The notes below the pieces were generated by a model. That model did not search any database. It saw nothing but the letters and a program-made list of their open reading frames with translations, and was not told where the DNA came from. From a virus (Duplodnaviria > Caudoviricetes): a stretch of 58,829 bases of DNA. Position numbers and translations under genes: made by a program. Where the stretch lies: positions 1-58,829 of IMG/VR virus record IMGVR_UViG_3300050139_000074; one strand, given 5' to 3'. This document shows, piece after piece, positions 39,402 to 47,938 of the stretch (position 1 is its first letter; the number at the start of each line of letters is the position of its first letter).

Positions 39402-39724
39402 TGCTGTGCCCCTTCCGGTAAAATGAGATTATTCCCCTTCTCATAGGTATTAAAATATTGTTGCATTTCTTCGGCGCTGTGCTGCGCCAAGTTATGAGGC
39501 GAGGCATAGAAGTTCCACTGCTCCTTCCCTGGTAGCCCCGCTATCCCCGAACCTGGAATCTGCACCCACCGACCACCTTGCTGCTCAGGAGTTGAGTACT
39601 TGCTTTGGTCGCTGAACGTCATGTGGTTGGGGTATTTGAACTCATCGCTAAAATGTTGCCCGGGCATACGCATAACCGGCAGCCCATATTTTTGCTGGTA
39701 CCCTGCCATGTCATAGTCAACCAT
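39398..39724 (-). CDS. domain probably translated as -1 frameshift extension of portal
   Basis: Frame is open upstream through the slippery site at 39772-39778; no well-spaced RBS for ATG 39724. Confidence 0.7.
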   Translation of the reverse strand: MVDYDMAGYQQKYGLPVMRMPGQHFSDEFKYPNHMTFSDQSKYSTPEQQGGRWVQIPGSGIAGLPGKEQWNFYASPHNLAQHSAEEMQQYFNTYEKGNNLILPEGAQQ

Positions 39725-39746
39725 GCCGCCATCTGCATATCCTTGC

Positions 39747-39795
39747 GGGGCTGTTTCACCAGCCCCTAAGACTTTGGGTTTGGTACTGATCCCCC
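39747..39795 (-). other. -1 programmed ribosomal frameshift signal
   Basis: SD-like GGGGGA, 11 nt, in-phase C CCA AAG, 5 nt, 7-bp hairpin GGGGCTG-GTGAAA-CAGCCCC. Confidence 0.75.
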
Positions 39796-41874
39796 AGGGG
39801 CGGTAGTCTGCCCGATCTGTTCAAGTAAGAGCTTGAGAGAGTCTCGTTGGCCGGCATCATTTACCCCTTTCCCTTTTGCAAGTGCCTCGGTAGCCTTGGC
39901 TACGAGGGCGTTGATCTTAGCGTTCTGTGTAGCAAGTATCTCCTGAGCCTGAGCCGCAGCTCTCTGGCCCTCGCCGGTGAGTTTCCCTGTCTTGGCCTGT
40001 TGCTCCTGAGTAGCGAGCTGCGCCTGCTGTGCCTGCTGTTCGTCCATCTGGGCAAATATCTTCTTGCAGTCGTCAGGACTCGCCACGTAATCAACCGGGA
40101 GGTCGCGTGATTTCAGACGGTCGAGGAGCATCCTGCGTTCGTCCACGATGGCGCGTTCCCTCGGAGTGAGTGAAGCATTGAGCTGGTCAAGAGCTGCACC
40201 ACGAACTTCTTTCGCTACCAGACTGATACTGCCCTGTGGTTGCACGTCGAAGTCACCCTTGATGTCCTTCTTCGGGTTAAACTCCATGTTCCAGGTAACC
40301 AAGGAACCAATCAAGGACTTTACAAGGCGGTCAAAGGCACGAACGTCGTCCTTCGTCACCATGTCTCCGCCCTGTTGCATCATTGACATATTGTTCGTCG
40401 TCCTGAACGCCTCCCCAAGCGGTTGAGCGTTACCCATGCGCCATGCCGGCAGGTTGCTCTCCTGATCGAAGATCTCGACATATTTATCTCTGAGTCTGAT
40501 CAGGGATTCCGTATGATTCGGCACATCATAGCACCGCACCGCAGGGTAGTTCGCCTCATTGCCGTCACCCGTACGCTGTATGGTCATGCCCCCAGAGATG
40601 TCACCAATAGCTTGCCCAGATGCGAGAAGGTCCTTATTCACTTCCTTGATGCTACTCGCGCTCTCAGCCATGTTATCCATCGTGGCGCGATCCACCGAAC
40701 AGATCTTGAGCTGCGAGTCCCTCAGATTCTCGACCTTGGCAGTACCTGTCAGCGGTCCGTCTTCGTCCTCTTCCGGGATGTAGACGTGAAACATATCAGA
40801 GATCTTCTCTCCGAACGGCGCCATGTCCGCCTTGATCGGGATGCCATCGAGCAGCCATATATCAGAGAGAATATCCTTCTGCATCGCAGACTCGGGAACC
40901 GCAACACCGATCTCAGCAAGATCCTTCGCCGGGATGTACCCATACCATCGGTAGATCTCATACTGCCGGGTCATGTCCGGAGGGGTACGCTCTGTGTGCT
41001 TCACCACCATGAGTTCTGGCTCGTATGGTCTGTACTGGTAATTCCCCTTCTGATGTTCTGAGAGGTATTCGTCGATCACATCACCGAAGAAGTCATCTCG
41101 TTTGCCGAGGTTGAGCAGGCCGTGCCGAGAGAATATCTTTCTCGTGAAGAGGCCATCCTGGTCTTCCCACCGCCTCGCGGAGAGGTCCGGATAAATATCC
41201 CACGCCTTCACCGTCTCATAGTATGGCCTCGGTACGTCTCTGGAAATTGCTACGAATTTACCCGTAGCATCAGGCTCCCACACACGCTCTCGGGTCATCT
41301 TAACAAGCGGCCCCTCAATGACTCCAAAGCCGTAGATACCAGCTCTCCTGATTGTCTTCTTGCATAGTTCCGGGTAGTCAACACCTTCGTCACAGAGCTG
41401 ATCTTCGCACTCCTGTTCCATCTTGAGCGCACGCTGCTCGGCGAAGTCCTTGACTGCTTTCTCAATGTCGTCGGATGTAGGGGGAACGAAGGGGGCAGGT
41501 GGTTGCCCCGGTTGAGTACCTTGCTGCTGCGCCTGTACCGCCTGATCCTGAAGGTTCTTAAGCACCTGCTGCAGATCCTGCTCAGAAATATTTGGCACCG
41601 AGGTACTCCCCAAGCTCCAGTTCTTCTCCTGCGCCGGGAACATCATCTCCATCATCTTCGCCACCCATCCGACGATCTTGGTGTGGGTATCCTTCGGGTA
41701 GACGCGGCTCCGCCCTTCGGGGATCTTCACCTCCGGGTCATAAATGCCTTTGTACTGCCGCAAGTTCTTGAGCCACTGGATCTCAAGCTGCCGGCGTTCT
41801 GCCTCCAGCATGGAGAACTTTGACTTGAGCCGGGTGCCGAGCTGGAGCAATTTATCTTTATCGAGAACCTGCAT
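39766..41874 (-). CDS. portal protein
   Basis: 702 aa after TerL; W...LRQY.G, G.GVIEGP, DIYPD, DN.A, WNM.F...DIKGDF. Confidence 0.88.
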   Translation of the reverse strand: MQVLDKDKLLQLGTRLKSKFSMLEAERRQLEIQWLKNLRQYKGIYDPEVKIPEGRSRVYPKDTHTKIVGWVAKMMEMMFPAQEKNWSLGSTSVPNISEQDLQQVLKNLQDQAVQAQQQGTQPGQPPAPFVPPTSDDIEKAVKDFAEQRALKMEQECEDQLCDEGVDYPELCKKTIRRAGIYGFGVIEGPLVKMTRERVWEPDATGKFVAISRDVPRPYYETVKAWDIYPDLSARRWEDQDGLFTRKIFSRHGLLNLGKRDDFFGDVIDEYLSEHQKGNYQYRPYEPELMVVKHTERTPPDMTRQYEIYRWYGYIPAKDLAEIGVAVPESAMQKDILSDIWLLDGIPIKADMAPFGEKISDMFHVYIPEEDEDGPLTGTAKVENLRDSQLKICSVDRATMDNMAESASSIKEVNKDLLASGQAIGDISGGMTIQRTGDGNEANYPAVRCYDVPNHTESLIRLRDKYVEIFDQESNLPAWRMGNAQPLGEAFRTTNNMSMMQQGGDMVTKDDVRAFDRLVKSLIGSLVTWNMEFNPKKDIKGDFDVQPQGSISLVAKEVRGAALDQLNASLTPRERAIVDERRMLLDRLKSRDLPVDYVASPDDCKKIFAQMDEQQAQQAQLATQEQQAKTGKLTGEGQRAAAQAQEILATQNAKINALVAKATEALAKGKGVNDAGQRDSLKLLLEQIGQTTAPGGSVPNPKS

Positions 41875-42133
41875 GAGGAACCCCCTTCACCACCGGGCAA
41901 CACCACGAGAAAACTGTAAAAGATATGCAGAAACAGAGCCAGTGAAAATTAATATCGGTATTTTCGCACGAACGAAATCTACCACCATTTGAGCAGAGAC
42001 TCGGCCACCAGTACCACCAGTTTCTGCCGAACCTCGGTCTGGTGTGTGCATCTAATTCCCACTGTTCAAATATTTCATTTGTGCTTTTGCCTGCAACTAC
42101 GAAGCTGGCAAAGATATTTTTTGATATTTGCAT
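41858..42133 (-). CDS. hypothetical protein
   Basis: AGGAGG RBS; between terL and portal. Confidence 0.6.
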   Translation of the reverse strand: MQISKNIFASFVVAGKSTNEIFEQWELDAHTRPRFGRNWWYWWPSLCSNGGRFRSCENTDINFHWLCFCISFTVFSWCCPVVKGVPHAGSR

Positions 42134-42143
42134 GGTGTGCCTC

Positions 42144-43616
42144 CTAATAACCTGTGTACGAGTCAGCAGGTCGTCGAGCAGGTATATGCTCGGTTTGGCT
42201 CATAAAGTCAATACTTCTCTGGTAATCTGATGCGTTGTAGTGCTTGCTCAAGATGAATAAAGTTCCATATTGGTCTGCGTCCACCACGTCCGACCAAGGG
42301 TGAGTCTTATCTGGAGCATCCTTGAATTTTCCATCTGCGGTCTTCTGCCTCGTATAGCGGTATTTACTTCTAAGGGATTCAATACACACCCTACAAGAAA
42401 CGTCATACAGCACACCAGGTTCTCCATCAGGCCACATGTTTCTGAAAGGCTCATCTAGCGCATTTATCCGCGCTATAGGGTCATTGGTTTTAGCCATTTT
42501 CACTGAGTTCCCTGCACCGGGCATGTCGGTGACAAACGCCTTCTTCAGCTCTTTCATCGAGCTGTTGTCATCACCGTCTCCCATTCGTACCCAACTTGGA
42601 TCTCCAATGAATACCAGCGGGTTGGTGGAAAAGCAGTTTTTTATTACAGGCATAAGTTTGGTAGGTATAAATGTTCGCATGCTCATATCTGTGCCTACAG
42701 CTTCTCGTAGCTTCCTTAGTTTGCCATCATGCCCAAGCTGCATGAACACCATTGCAGGATTACGTGCCGCGTCTACACCTATGATTACCGGCAAAAAGGG
42801 GTCGATCTTCAGGTCTCTTGCCACCCTCCTCTCGTATTGAAAGGATTTTTCATACACAGGTTTTCCATACTGAGACTTACTGTACATATTATGGATGTTG
42901 GTATTAATCCAATCTTCAGATTTACCTTTCATCAAGTCTGTGTAGTAGTCCTTGTGCAGGTACTCAAGGTTCTCCGCTTCTGGCGACATGGCTGAGGGCT
43001 GTGCAAAGAACGCTACTGGAACTATGGTGTCTGGCTCGTCGTCTTTTTGTGGTAGGTGCTCCATGAGCCTATACCATTCAGAGTCAATCTCCGGCGGGTT
43101 GGTGGCACAGATCATCCCACTCCAATACTCAGGAACATCTTGAATACGCGGATACCGCCTAAGGCGCGTTTGCGCTTCAAGTACCAACGTTAAAGGAATT
43201 TCACGACATTCCTCGATAAAAATTCCGCTCAGCTGCAAACTCAAGAGGCGTTGAATATCTTCAGGAGTGTCGAGACTGCGGAACAACCATTCCGCATGTA
43301 CGTCGTTGAAAGAAATTGTGTAGATGAAATCCCCTTCTTTCCAAGTCCCCAATCCTTGTGGAAGAAGTTCGAACACTGAACGAAGCAGCGTATCCTTCAA
43401 CTGAGACCTAGTATTTCTGGCGAACACCCACCGACTACGGCGCACTCCGTCCGGACCCTTAGGCATTTGAATACACCTACGCAGTACCTCCATAACACAC
43501 CCTGTAGTTTTTCCGGAACCATATGGACCCTTGATCACGCGGAAGAAGGATTCGTCCAGCATGAATTTTTTAATTGTCGCGCTTGGTGTGTAGTTGATTT
43601 CTCCCGCCATCACCAA
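42144..43616 (-). CDS. terL: terminase large subunit
   Basis: Walker A GPYGSGKTT, RNT..QL.DT, IEE, ATNPP, nuclease IGVD, GDP, DADQY. Confidence 0.93.
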   Translation of the reverse strand: MVMAGEINYTPSATIKKFMLDESFFRVIKGPYGSGKTTGCVMEVLRRCIQMPKGPDGVRRSRWVFARNTRSQLKDTLLRSVFELLPQGLGTWKEGDFIYTISFNDVHAEWLFRSLDTPEDIQRLLSLQLSGIFIEECREIPLTLVLEAQTRLRRYPRIQDVPEYWSGMICATNPPEIDSEWYRLMEHLPQKDDEPDTIVPVAFFAQPSAMSPEAENLEYLHKDYYTDLMKGKSEDWINTNIHNMYSKSQYGKPVYEKSFQYERRVARDLKIDPFLPVIIGVDAARNPAMVFMQLGHDGKLRKLREAVGTDMSMRTFIPTKLMPVIKNCFSTNPLVFIGDPSWVRMGDGDDNSSMKELKKAFVTDMPGAGNSVKMAKTNDPIARINALDEPFRNMWPDGEPGVLYDVSCRVCIESLRSKYRYTRQKTADGKFKDAPDKTHPWSDVVDADQYGTLFILSKHYNASDYQRSIDFMSQTEHIPARRPADSYTGY

Positions 43617-43701
43617 AACCTCTCAAGCTCATACCCGTTAAAATAACCCCATTCCGCTGATGTACCTCTGGTTGTAGAAATGATGTACCCGTAGATCACT
43701 G

Positions 43702-43827
43702 TCATTTCTTCACCTTTTCAACGTAGGCCGTACACCACTCCCACGCTTGTTTTGTGCCGAACATTATTGGGCACTTCTTCTCTTTTGCGGCATACTTGCC
43801 GCATTCCTTGCACGAAGGTTCGCTCAC
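43702..43827 (-). CDS. small Cys-rich protein (41 aa)
   Basis: GTGA overlap; CKEC..CP..WC; read manually. Confidence 0.45.
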   Translation of the reverse strand: MSEPSCKECGKYAAKEKKCPIMFGTKQAWEWCTAYVEKVKK

Positions 43828-44177
43828 GATAGGTTCTCCAGTTTGTAAAGAGTCTGTGCGTAGATGCCTTCAAGGGCGTCGATCTCATTGTTCACCGCTC
43901 CTGAACCCTTGGCGATCTTCTCCTTATTCGCCGTGAACCAGGTCATAGTAGCACGAAGCTGCTTCGTAATGTCGGTTGGGGTGGTGACGTCGGATGTCAC
44001 GCTCTTGATCTTCCCGAAGCGTCCTTGGTACACCTCAACAATGGTATCAATCTGCCCTACTACGTCATCGTAGAACGAACCGAGAGCCATGTGCTCAGAG
44101 TATGAGTCGGTGGCCCAATGCGCAAGATGCGCAGCATGCCGGTCGGCGAACACTTTCTTTATGAGATCTTCTATCAT
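43824..44177 (-). CDS. ferritin/Dps-like four-helix protein
   Basis: H..HW...SYSEH.AL..FYD......D...E.YQG. Confidence 0.75.
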   Translation of the reverse strand: MIEDLIKKVFADRHAAHLAHWATDSYSEHMALGSFYDDVVGQIDTIVEVYQGRFGKIKSVTSDVTTPTDITKQLRATMTWFTANKEKIAKGSGAVNNEIDALEGIYAQTLYKLENLS

Positions 44178-44836
44178 AACATCCCCCTATACTTCTCAGC
44201 TCTTTTGAATATTACCCTTGGGTACTCGTTGACCGCCTCGTACAGCGGTCTTCCATACAGCAGTTTTGCTTCTCCGGCGGGATACGCCTGATCGAGCCCA
44301 TCGTCCCACCGATCGGCGGGTAGGCTCTTTGTCTTTGCGTTGTGCCGTCTGGATAACCAGCGCCCTTGGCCTGCGTTGTAGCAAACAAGGGCCATCTTCC
44401 ACGCCTGGTAGTCGTTGACAGCGTAAGGGCGCACAGTGCTGAAATTTGACCTATCGGTCAGTACCGAAAAAGTAAGCTGGTACTTGACGTTGTATGGATC
44501 ATCGCGCCAGTTCCAATCTTTTAGTACCTTCATCTTTACCGCGTCTCGGTAGATGTTGAACCTTTCAGAGCCGTCCGCACGATACGTAATTGTCATTTGC
44601 CCTAGGCCTCTACCGAGTTCGCGCGAAGTCTTGAGTGTGGCCTTTTCCTTCCATGACGATTCCTGCTCAATCTTACCTGCCATGATAGGGCGCCCCGGAG
44701 CTGTAGGCCAGTATGATAAAATTACATTGGATAGCGTTGGCAGGTACACCCCTGCACGGTTCATTACTGTATCGCCTGCGAATACTGGTTCACATGAACT
44801 GAGTGCGAGGAGTATGGTGAGGAGCAGCAGTCTCAC
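44174..44836 (-). CDS. endolysin, SLT lytic transglycosylase with N-terminal signal
   Basis: EQESSW, GLGQ, YNAG; hydrophobic leader ending LSSC. Confidence 0.85.
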   Translation of the reverse strand: MRLLLLTILLALSSCEPVFAGDTVMNRAGVYLPTLSNVILSYWPTAPGRPIMAGKIEQESSWKEKATLKTSRELGRGLGQMTITYRADGSERFNIYRDAVKMKVLKDWNWRDDPYNVKYQLTFSVLTDRSNFSTVRPYAVNDYQAWKMALVCYNAGQGRWLSRRHNAKTKSLPADRWDDGLDQAYPAGEAKLLYGRPLYEAVNEYPRVIFKRAEKYRGML

Positions 44837-45180
44837 CTCGGTGCCACCAAAAAGGAGACTACTATCAGGAAGACACTGAACATTATGAAGAAGGCTGCTA
44901 CAACTATGGCCGAGGCAGTAGCTTCGCTCTCGGCGCGGTCCAGCATAGGTTTCAGCGAGAAATCTGGTAGTAGGCCCTTTCCCGCTTTATCCGACAGGAG
45001 TAGGAAGAAGCACCAAGAAGCACCTGCAATCATGCTGAGGAACATCACCAGCACTCGAATATGTGCCCAATCACCTTTATCCAGTATTACAGGAATGAGT
45101 AGGAAGATCAGAGGCATTAAGTACCGCTTCAATCCTACTAACCACCCTTTGACTTCTTCGTCAGTTGGCAACAGCATCAC
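44833..45180 (-). CDS. putative holin
   Basis: Three hydrophobic segments; between spanins and endolysin. Confidence 0.65.
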   Translation of the reverse strand: MMLLPTDEEVKGWLVGLKRYLMPLIFLLIPVILDKGDWAHIRVLVMFLSMIAGASWCFFLLLSDKAGKGLLPDFSLKPMLDRAESEATASAIVVAAFFIMFSVFLIVVSFLVAPR

Positions 45181-45442
45181 GAACCCCTTTCACCCAGGCC
45201 GAGTACTCCGCGAAGCACGCCCGATGTGTTTCATAATTTGCCAGAATATTTCTGGCTGATTTATCGTTACTGAGGCAGTATGTCTTTTGTCCCTGCCACT
45301 GCACCAGCAGTATCTCCGCTTTTCTGCACTGCGGCTCCGGCGGTAGCGTTGGGTGTACCTTCACCAGTTTGACCACCGGGGCACATGCCATTAAGAGAAG
45401 CGAGGATAGGATCGTCAGAAGTAATATTGCCTTTTTCATCAC
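45161..45442 (-). CDS. o-spanin (Rz1-like lipoprotein)
   Basis: Lipobox LMAC, Pro-rich, overlaps i-spanin in another frame. Confidence 0.8.
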   Translation of the reverse strand: MMKKAILLLTILSSLLLMACAPVVKLVKVHPTLPPEPQCRKAEILLVQWQGQKTYCLSNDKSARNILANYETHRACFAEYSAWVKGVRDAVAN

Positions 45443-45722
45443 GTTTACTCTCCATCGACATTATTTTTTTCAACTTATTATCTGACTCAATACGTCGCTG
45501 TTCTGCCTCGACCTGATACTTCTTCGCCACTTCAGCTTCATGTATCTTATCCGCAACGATCTGCTGCTGCTCGCTGATAACCTGATCGCGCAATTTTAAC
45601 TGTTGCTCCTGCGTTGCAGCTTTGCTTACAAAGTGGTTGTACGATAGAACGGCGGTGCCACCTATCCCAAGTAGTACAGAACCCAAAATAACGTATGCAA
45701 TTAACCTGTATTCTCCGAACAT
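45267..45722 (-). CDS. i-spanin (Rz-like)
   Basis: N-terminal TM then coiled coil; GAGGAGG RBS. Confidence 0.8.
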   Translation of the reverse strand: MFGEYRLIAYVILGSVLLGIGGTAVLSYNHFVSKAATQEQQLKLRDQVISEQQQIVADKIHEAEVAKKYQVEAEQRRIESDNKLKKIMSMESKRDEKGNITSDDPILASLNGMCPGGQTGEGTPNATAGAAVQKSGDTAGAVAGTKDILPQ

Positions 45723-45754
45723 TCCGCCTCCTCTTTAACCGGCACAGCCGGTCA

Positions 45755-46144
45755 TCAGTGTACTCCGAACATCTTTTTTAAAAGACTGCCCCAGAAGATA
45801 GGGTCGGTGGACTTGAGTACTACCGTACCTACCCACGCGAGCACTGAAACAAAGGCGGCGCCAATCAGGGCCAACATTCTTCGGCGCTCTTTTACCATGG
45901 CCTTAACGCTCCGTATGTCTGACGCATGTAACTCCTTCAATGCTGATGCCTGGGTGTCATTAAGCCCTATGTGGCATATATGGTGCGATGCAATAACCAG
46001 CATCATATTCGCGAGCCACCTAGCATCTTGCTTCGTGAGCACATTCTTTCTATGCTCTCCATTCGCCGGTGTTTCTGGTAACTCATCCAGCATGTTCTGT
46101 ATCTGCTCGTTGAGTGTCATCTCAGTTGGCATAAGTGGCCTCAC
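45755..46144 (-). CDS. membrane protein, possible holin/antiholin
   Basis: C-terminal TM segment; lysis module. Confidence 0.55.
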   Translation of the reverse strand: MRPLMPTEMTLNEQIQNMLDELPETPANGEHRKNVLTKQDARWLANMMLVIASHHICHIGLNDTQASALKELHASDIRSVKAMVKERRRMLALIGAAFVSVLAWVGTVVLKSTDPIFWGSLLKKMFGVH

Positions 46145-46389
46145 TTTATAAGTTCATAACCTAAGTAAAATAACTCACCCTGTGCTGACTTCATACAATG
46201 GTCTTTCTGACCGAAAAGATTTAATGCCAACCAGTCAACCAGATACATTGCGTAACGTCCTTGCCAGCAATCTCTATGCCGATAACACCGGCTGCTCATT
46301 GTTTCAAAAGGACTTGAGCCAAATAGGATTGAGTCAATGGCACAATCAACTACTATTAATAGGTTCCAGATATACCTTTTAAGAAACAA
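46141..46389 (-). CDS. conserved small phage protein
   Basis: D.....G...ETMSSR.YR.....VD......DHC pattern. Confidence 0.7.
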   Translation of the reverse strand: MFLKRYIWNLLIVVDCAIDSILFGSSPFETMSSRCYRHRDCWQGRYAMYLVDWLALNLFGQKDHCMKSAQGELFYLGYELIK

Positions 46390-46446
46390 AAGTGACTCCC
46401 AGTTACAGCTATTATACCGTTTTTGGTGTGTGCCTGCACGGTAGCA

Positions 46447-46935
46447 TCAGTTAGCTGTCCAAGTAATGTTGTCAATAATTGCAGTTGAACCGTCGTCTGC
46501 ACCATAAACATTAAATTTCCAAACATTTGTACCTGCTGCGTATGAAATTCCAGTTACGTGTATTTGCCCACTTGTATTTGTAACCCTTATATATTTGCTA
46601 ACTCCGTTTAGAGAGACTTCGAATCCTGGCGCACTGTCAAGCGTGAAGCTGTAATCTAAATAGAAATCTAATGTTCCGGCAGACTGGCTTGTAAATGTAA
46701 TAGTGATATACCCGTCCTCATCGTTGTCGCTGGCAACGACGGCAGTTCCTAATGATATAGTAGCTGAGCCATTTCCACCACCGCTCTGGCCATATGCCCA
46801 TGTACTCCCTTTAGGGGCTGAACCAGTAGCACTACCTGTGTATGGAAATGATGAAAAAGTGGGGGTGAAAGTTTCTACAATAGCCGAGGTTCCTACGGTT
46901 ATTGCTTTCACCATCCTCATAAGATTCGCGATCAT
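46447..46935 (-). CDS. beta-rich putative fibre-associated protein
   Basis: ATGA overlap at 46935; Ser/Thr/Gly-rich, AT-rich. Confidence 0.55.
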   Translation of the reverse strand: MIANLMRMVKAITVGTSAIVETFTPTFSSFPYTGSATGSAPKGSTWAYGQSGGGNGSATISLGTAVVASDNDEDGYITITFTSQSAGTLDFYLDYSFTLDSAPGFEVSLNGVSKYIRVTNTSGQIHVTGISYAAGTNVWKFNVYGADDGSTAIIDNITWTAN

Positions 46936-47453
46936 ACAGGCCACACAAAGGCTGGGAGAAGTGCAAGGAGTTCGGATTCAGTAGGCTTCGCTCTTGCCCC
47001 TGCTTTAACCTCAGACATTACGGTGTAACAAGTTGACCAGACAGCATCCCTCCAATCAACACCCGCTTTGCCTTCTGCTGCAAATTTTGTGTTTGAACTG
47101 GTTGCATAGGAAGCAAGTGAAAGAATCCCATCATAGTTTCTTTGTCTTGGTACGGAGTCAAGTTGGTTCTGAACAGCCTGTGTTAATAGGGCAATCCATT
47201 GAGTATCTGACACATCGGTTATAGCATAACTGCCAACCGGTTTACCATCCACAACATCTTTAGCCAAAGAGTACGTATGGTACGCGTCACGAGGTATGTT
47301 AGTAATTGTTACAGTGAAAATGTTCTGCTCAGCATAAAGCTCATCACTCACACCATCAGGGAATCCTACACTAAACCCGTCAGGATAACTCACACTACAA
47401 GGGGCTGAATCCCAATCCTGTACCCACACACCATCTATAATTTGAGCGTACAT
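46932..47453 (-). CDS. tail fibre assembly-like protein
   Basis: C-terminal VQ..LD......YD.ILS..SYA.S...F.AEG......WRD.VW...P...ELLA.LP..W. Confidence 0.7.
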   Translation of the reverse strand: MYAQIIDGVWVQDWDSAPCSVSYPDGFSVGFPDGVSDELYAEQNIFTVTITNIPRDAYHTYSLAKDVVDGKPVGSYAITDVSDTQWIALLTQAVQNQLDSVPRQRNYDGILSLASYATSSNTKFAAEGKAGVDWRDAVWSTCYTVMSEVKAGARAKPTESELLALLPAFVWPV

Positions 47454-47938
47454 AACGCCTCCATGACTACTTCAGGTTCTACAAATACTTTAGGATCGTA
47501 CTTAACACCTTCCCAGATTCCGAACTGATCAGGCCGGAGGTTCTCTCGGCTCTTGAGGATGTTCACATTCTCTGGATGCCCGAAGATCAGGGGGTCCGAT
47601 TTTCCCCACAGAACTATACCCTTCTTCCCCGTCGACCATCCTAGGTGCTGGAGGAAAGAGTCACCTGAGATGAAGGTGTCATACTCCTGCACGAGTTTTT
47701 GTAGTTCTACGTAGGGTACATTTATTCTGAAGTCGGGGACCAGTTGCTCTTCATCTTTTACACCAACCTGGGTTACATAATACCCCGCCTCGTCCAACAA
47801 TTTTACCACGGCACCCCAGAAGGGGTAATTCTTGGCATTATATTTTCCGTCTCTGAGCCTTCTAGCGAACGGTTGAATAACTATTCTCCCACCATAACCT
47901 CTCTGACCCCTAACACCTTCATACCCTGGTCCACTCAT
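47435..47938 (-). CDS. glycosyltransferase GT9-like, C-terminal Rossmann domain
   Basis: I.IQP, KNYP.W, QVG, FISGDSFLQH, GIVLWG; ATG 47938 overlaps upstream stop. Confidence 0.85.
   Translation of the reverse strand: MSGPGYEGVRGQRGYGGRIVIQPFARRLRDGKYNAKNYPFWGAVVKLLDEAGYYVTQVGVKDEEQLVPDFRINVPYVELQKLVQEYDTFISGDSFLQHLGWSTGKKGIVLWGKSDPLIFGHPENVNILKSRENLRPDQFGIWEGVKYDPKVFVEPEVVMEALCTLKL

Noticed and set aside
39747-39766. Hairpin after portal as intrinsic terminator
   Set aside because: No U-tract on either strand; spacing to the slippery heptamer fits a frameshift stimulator better
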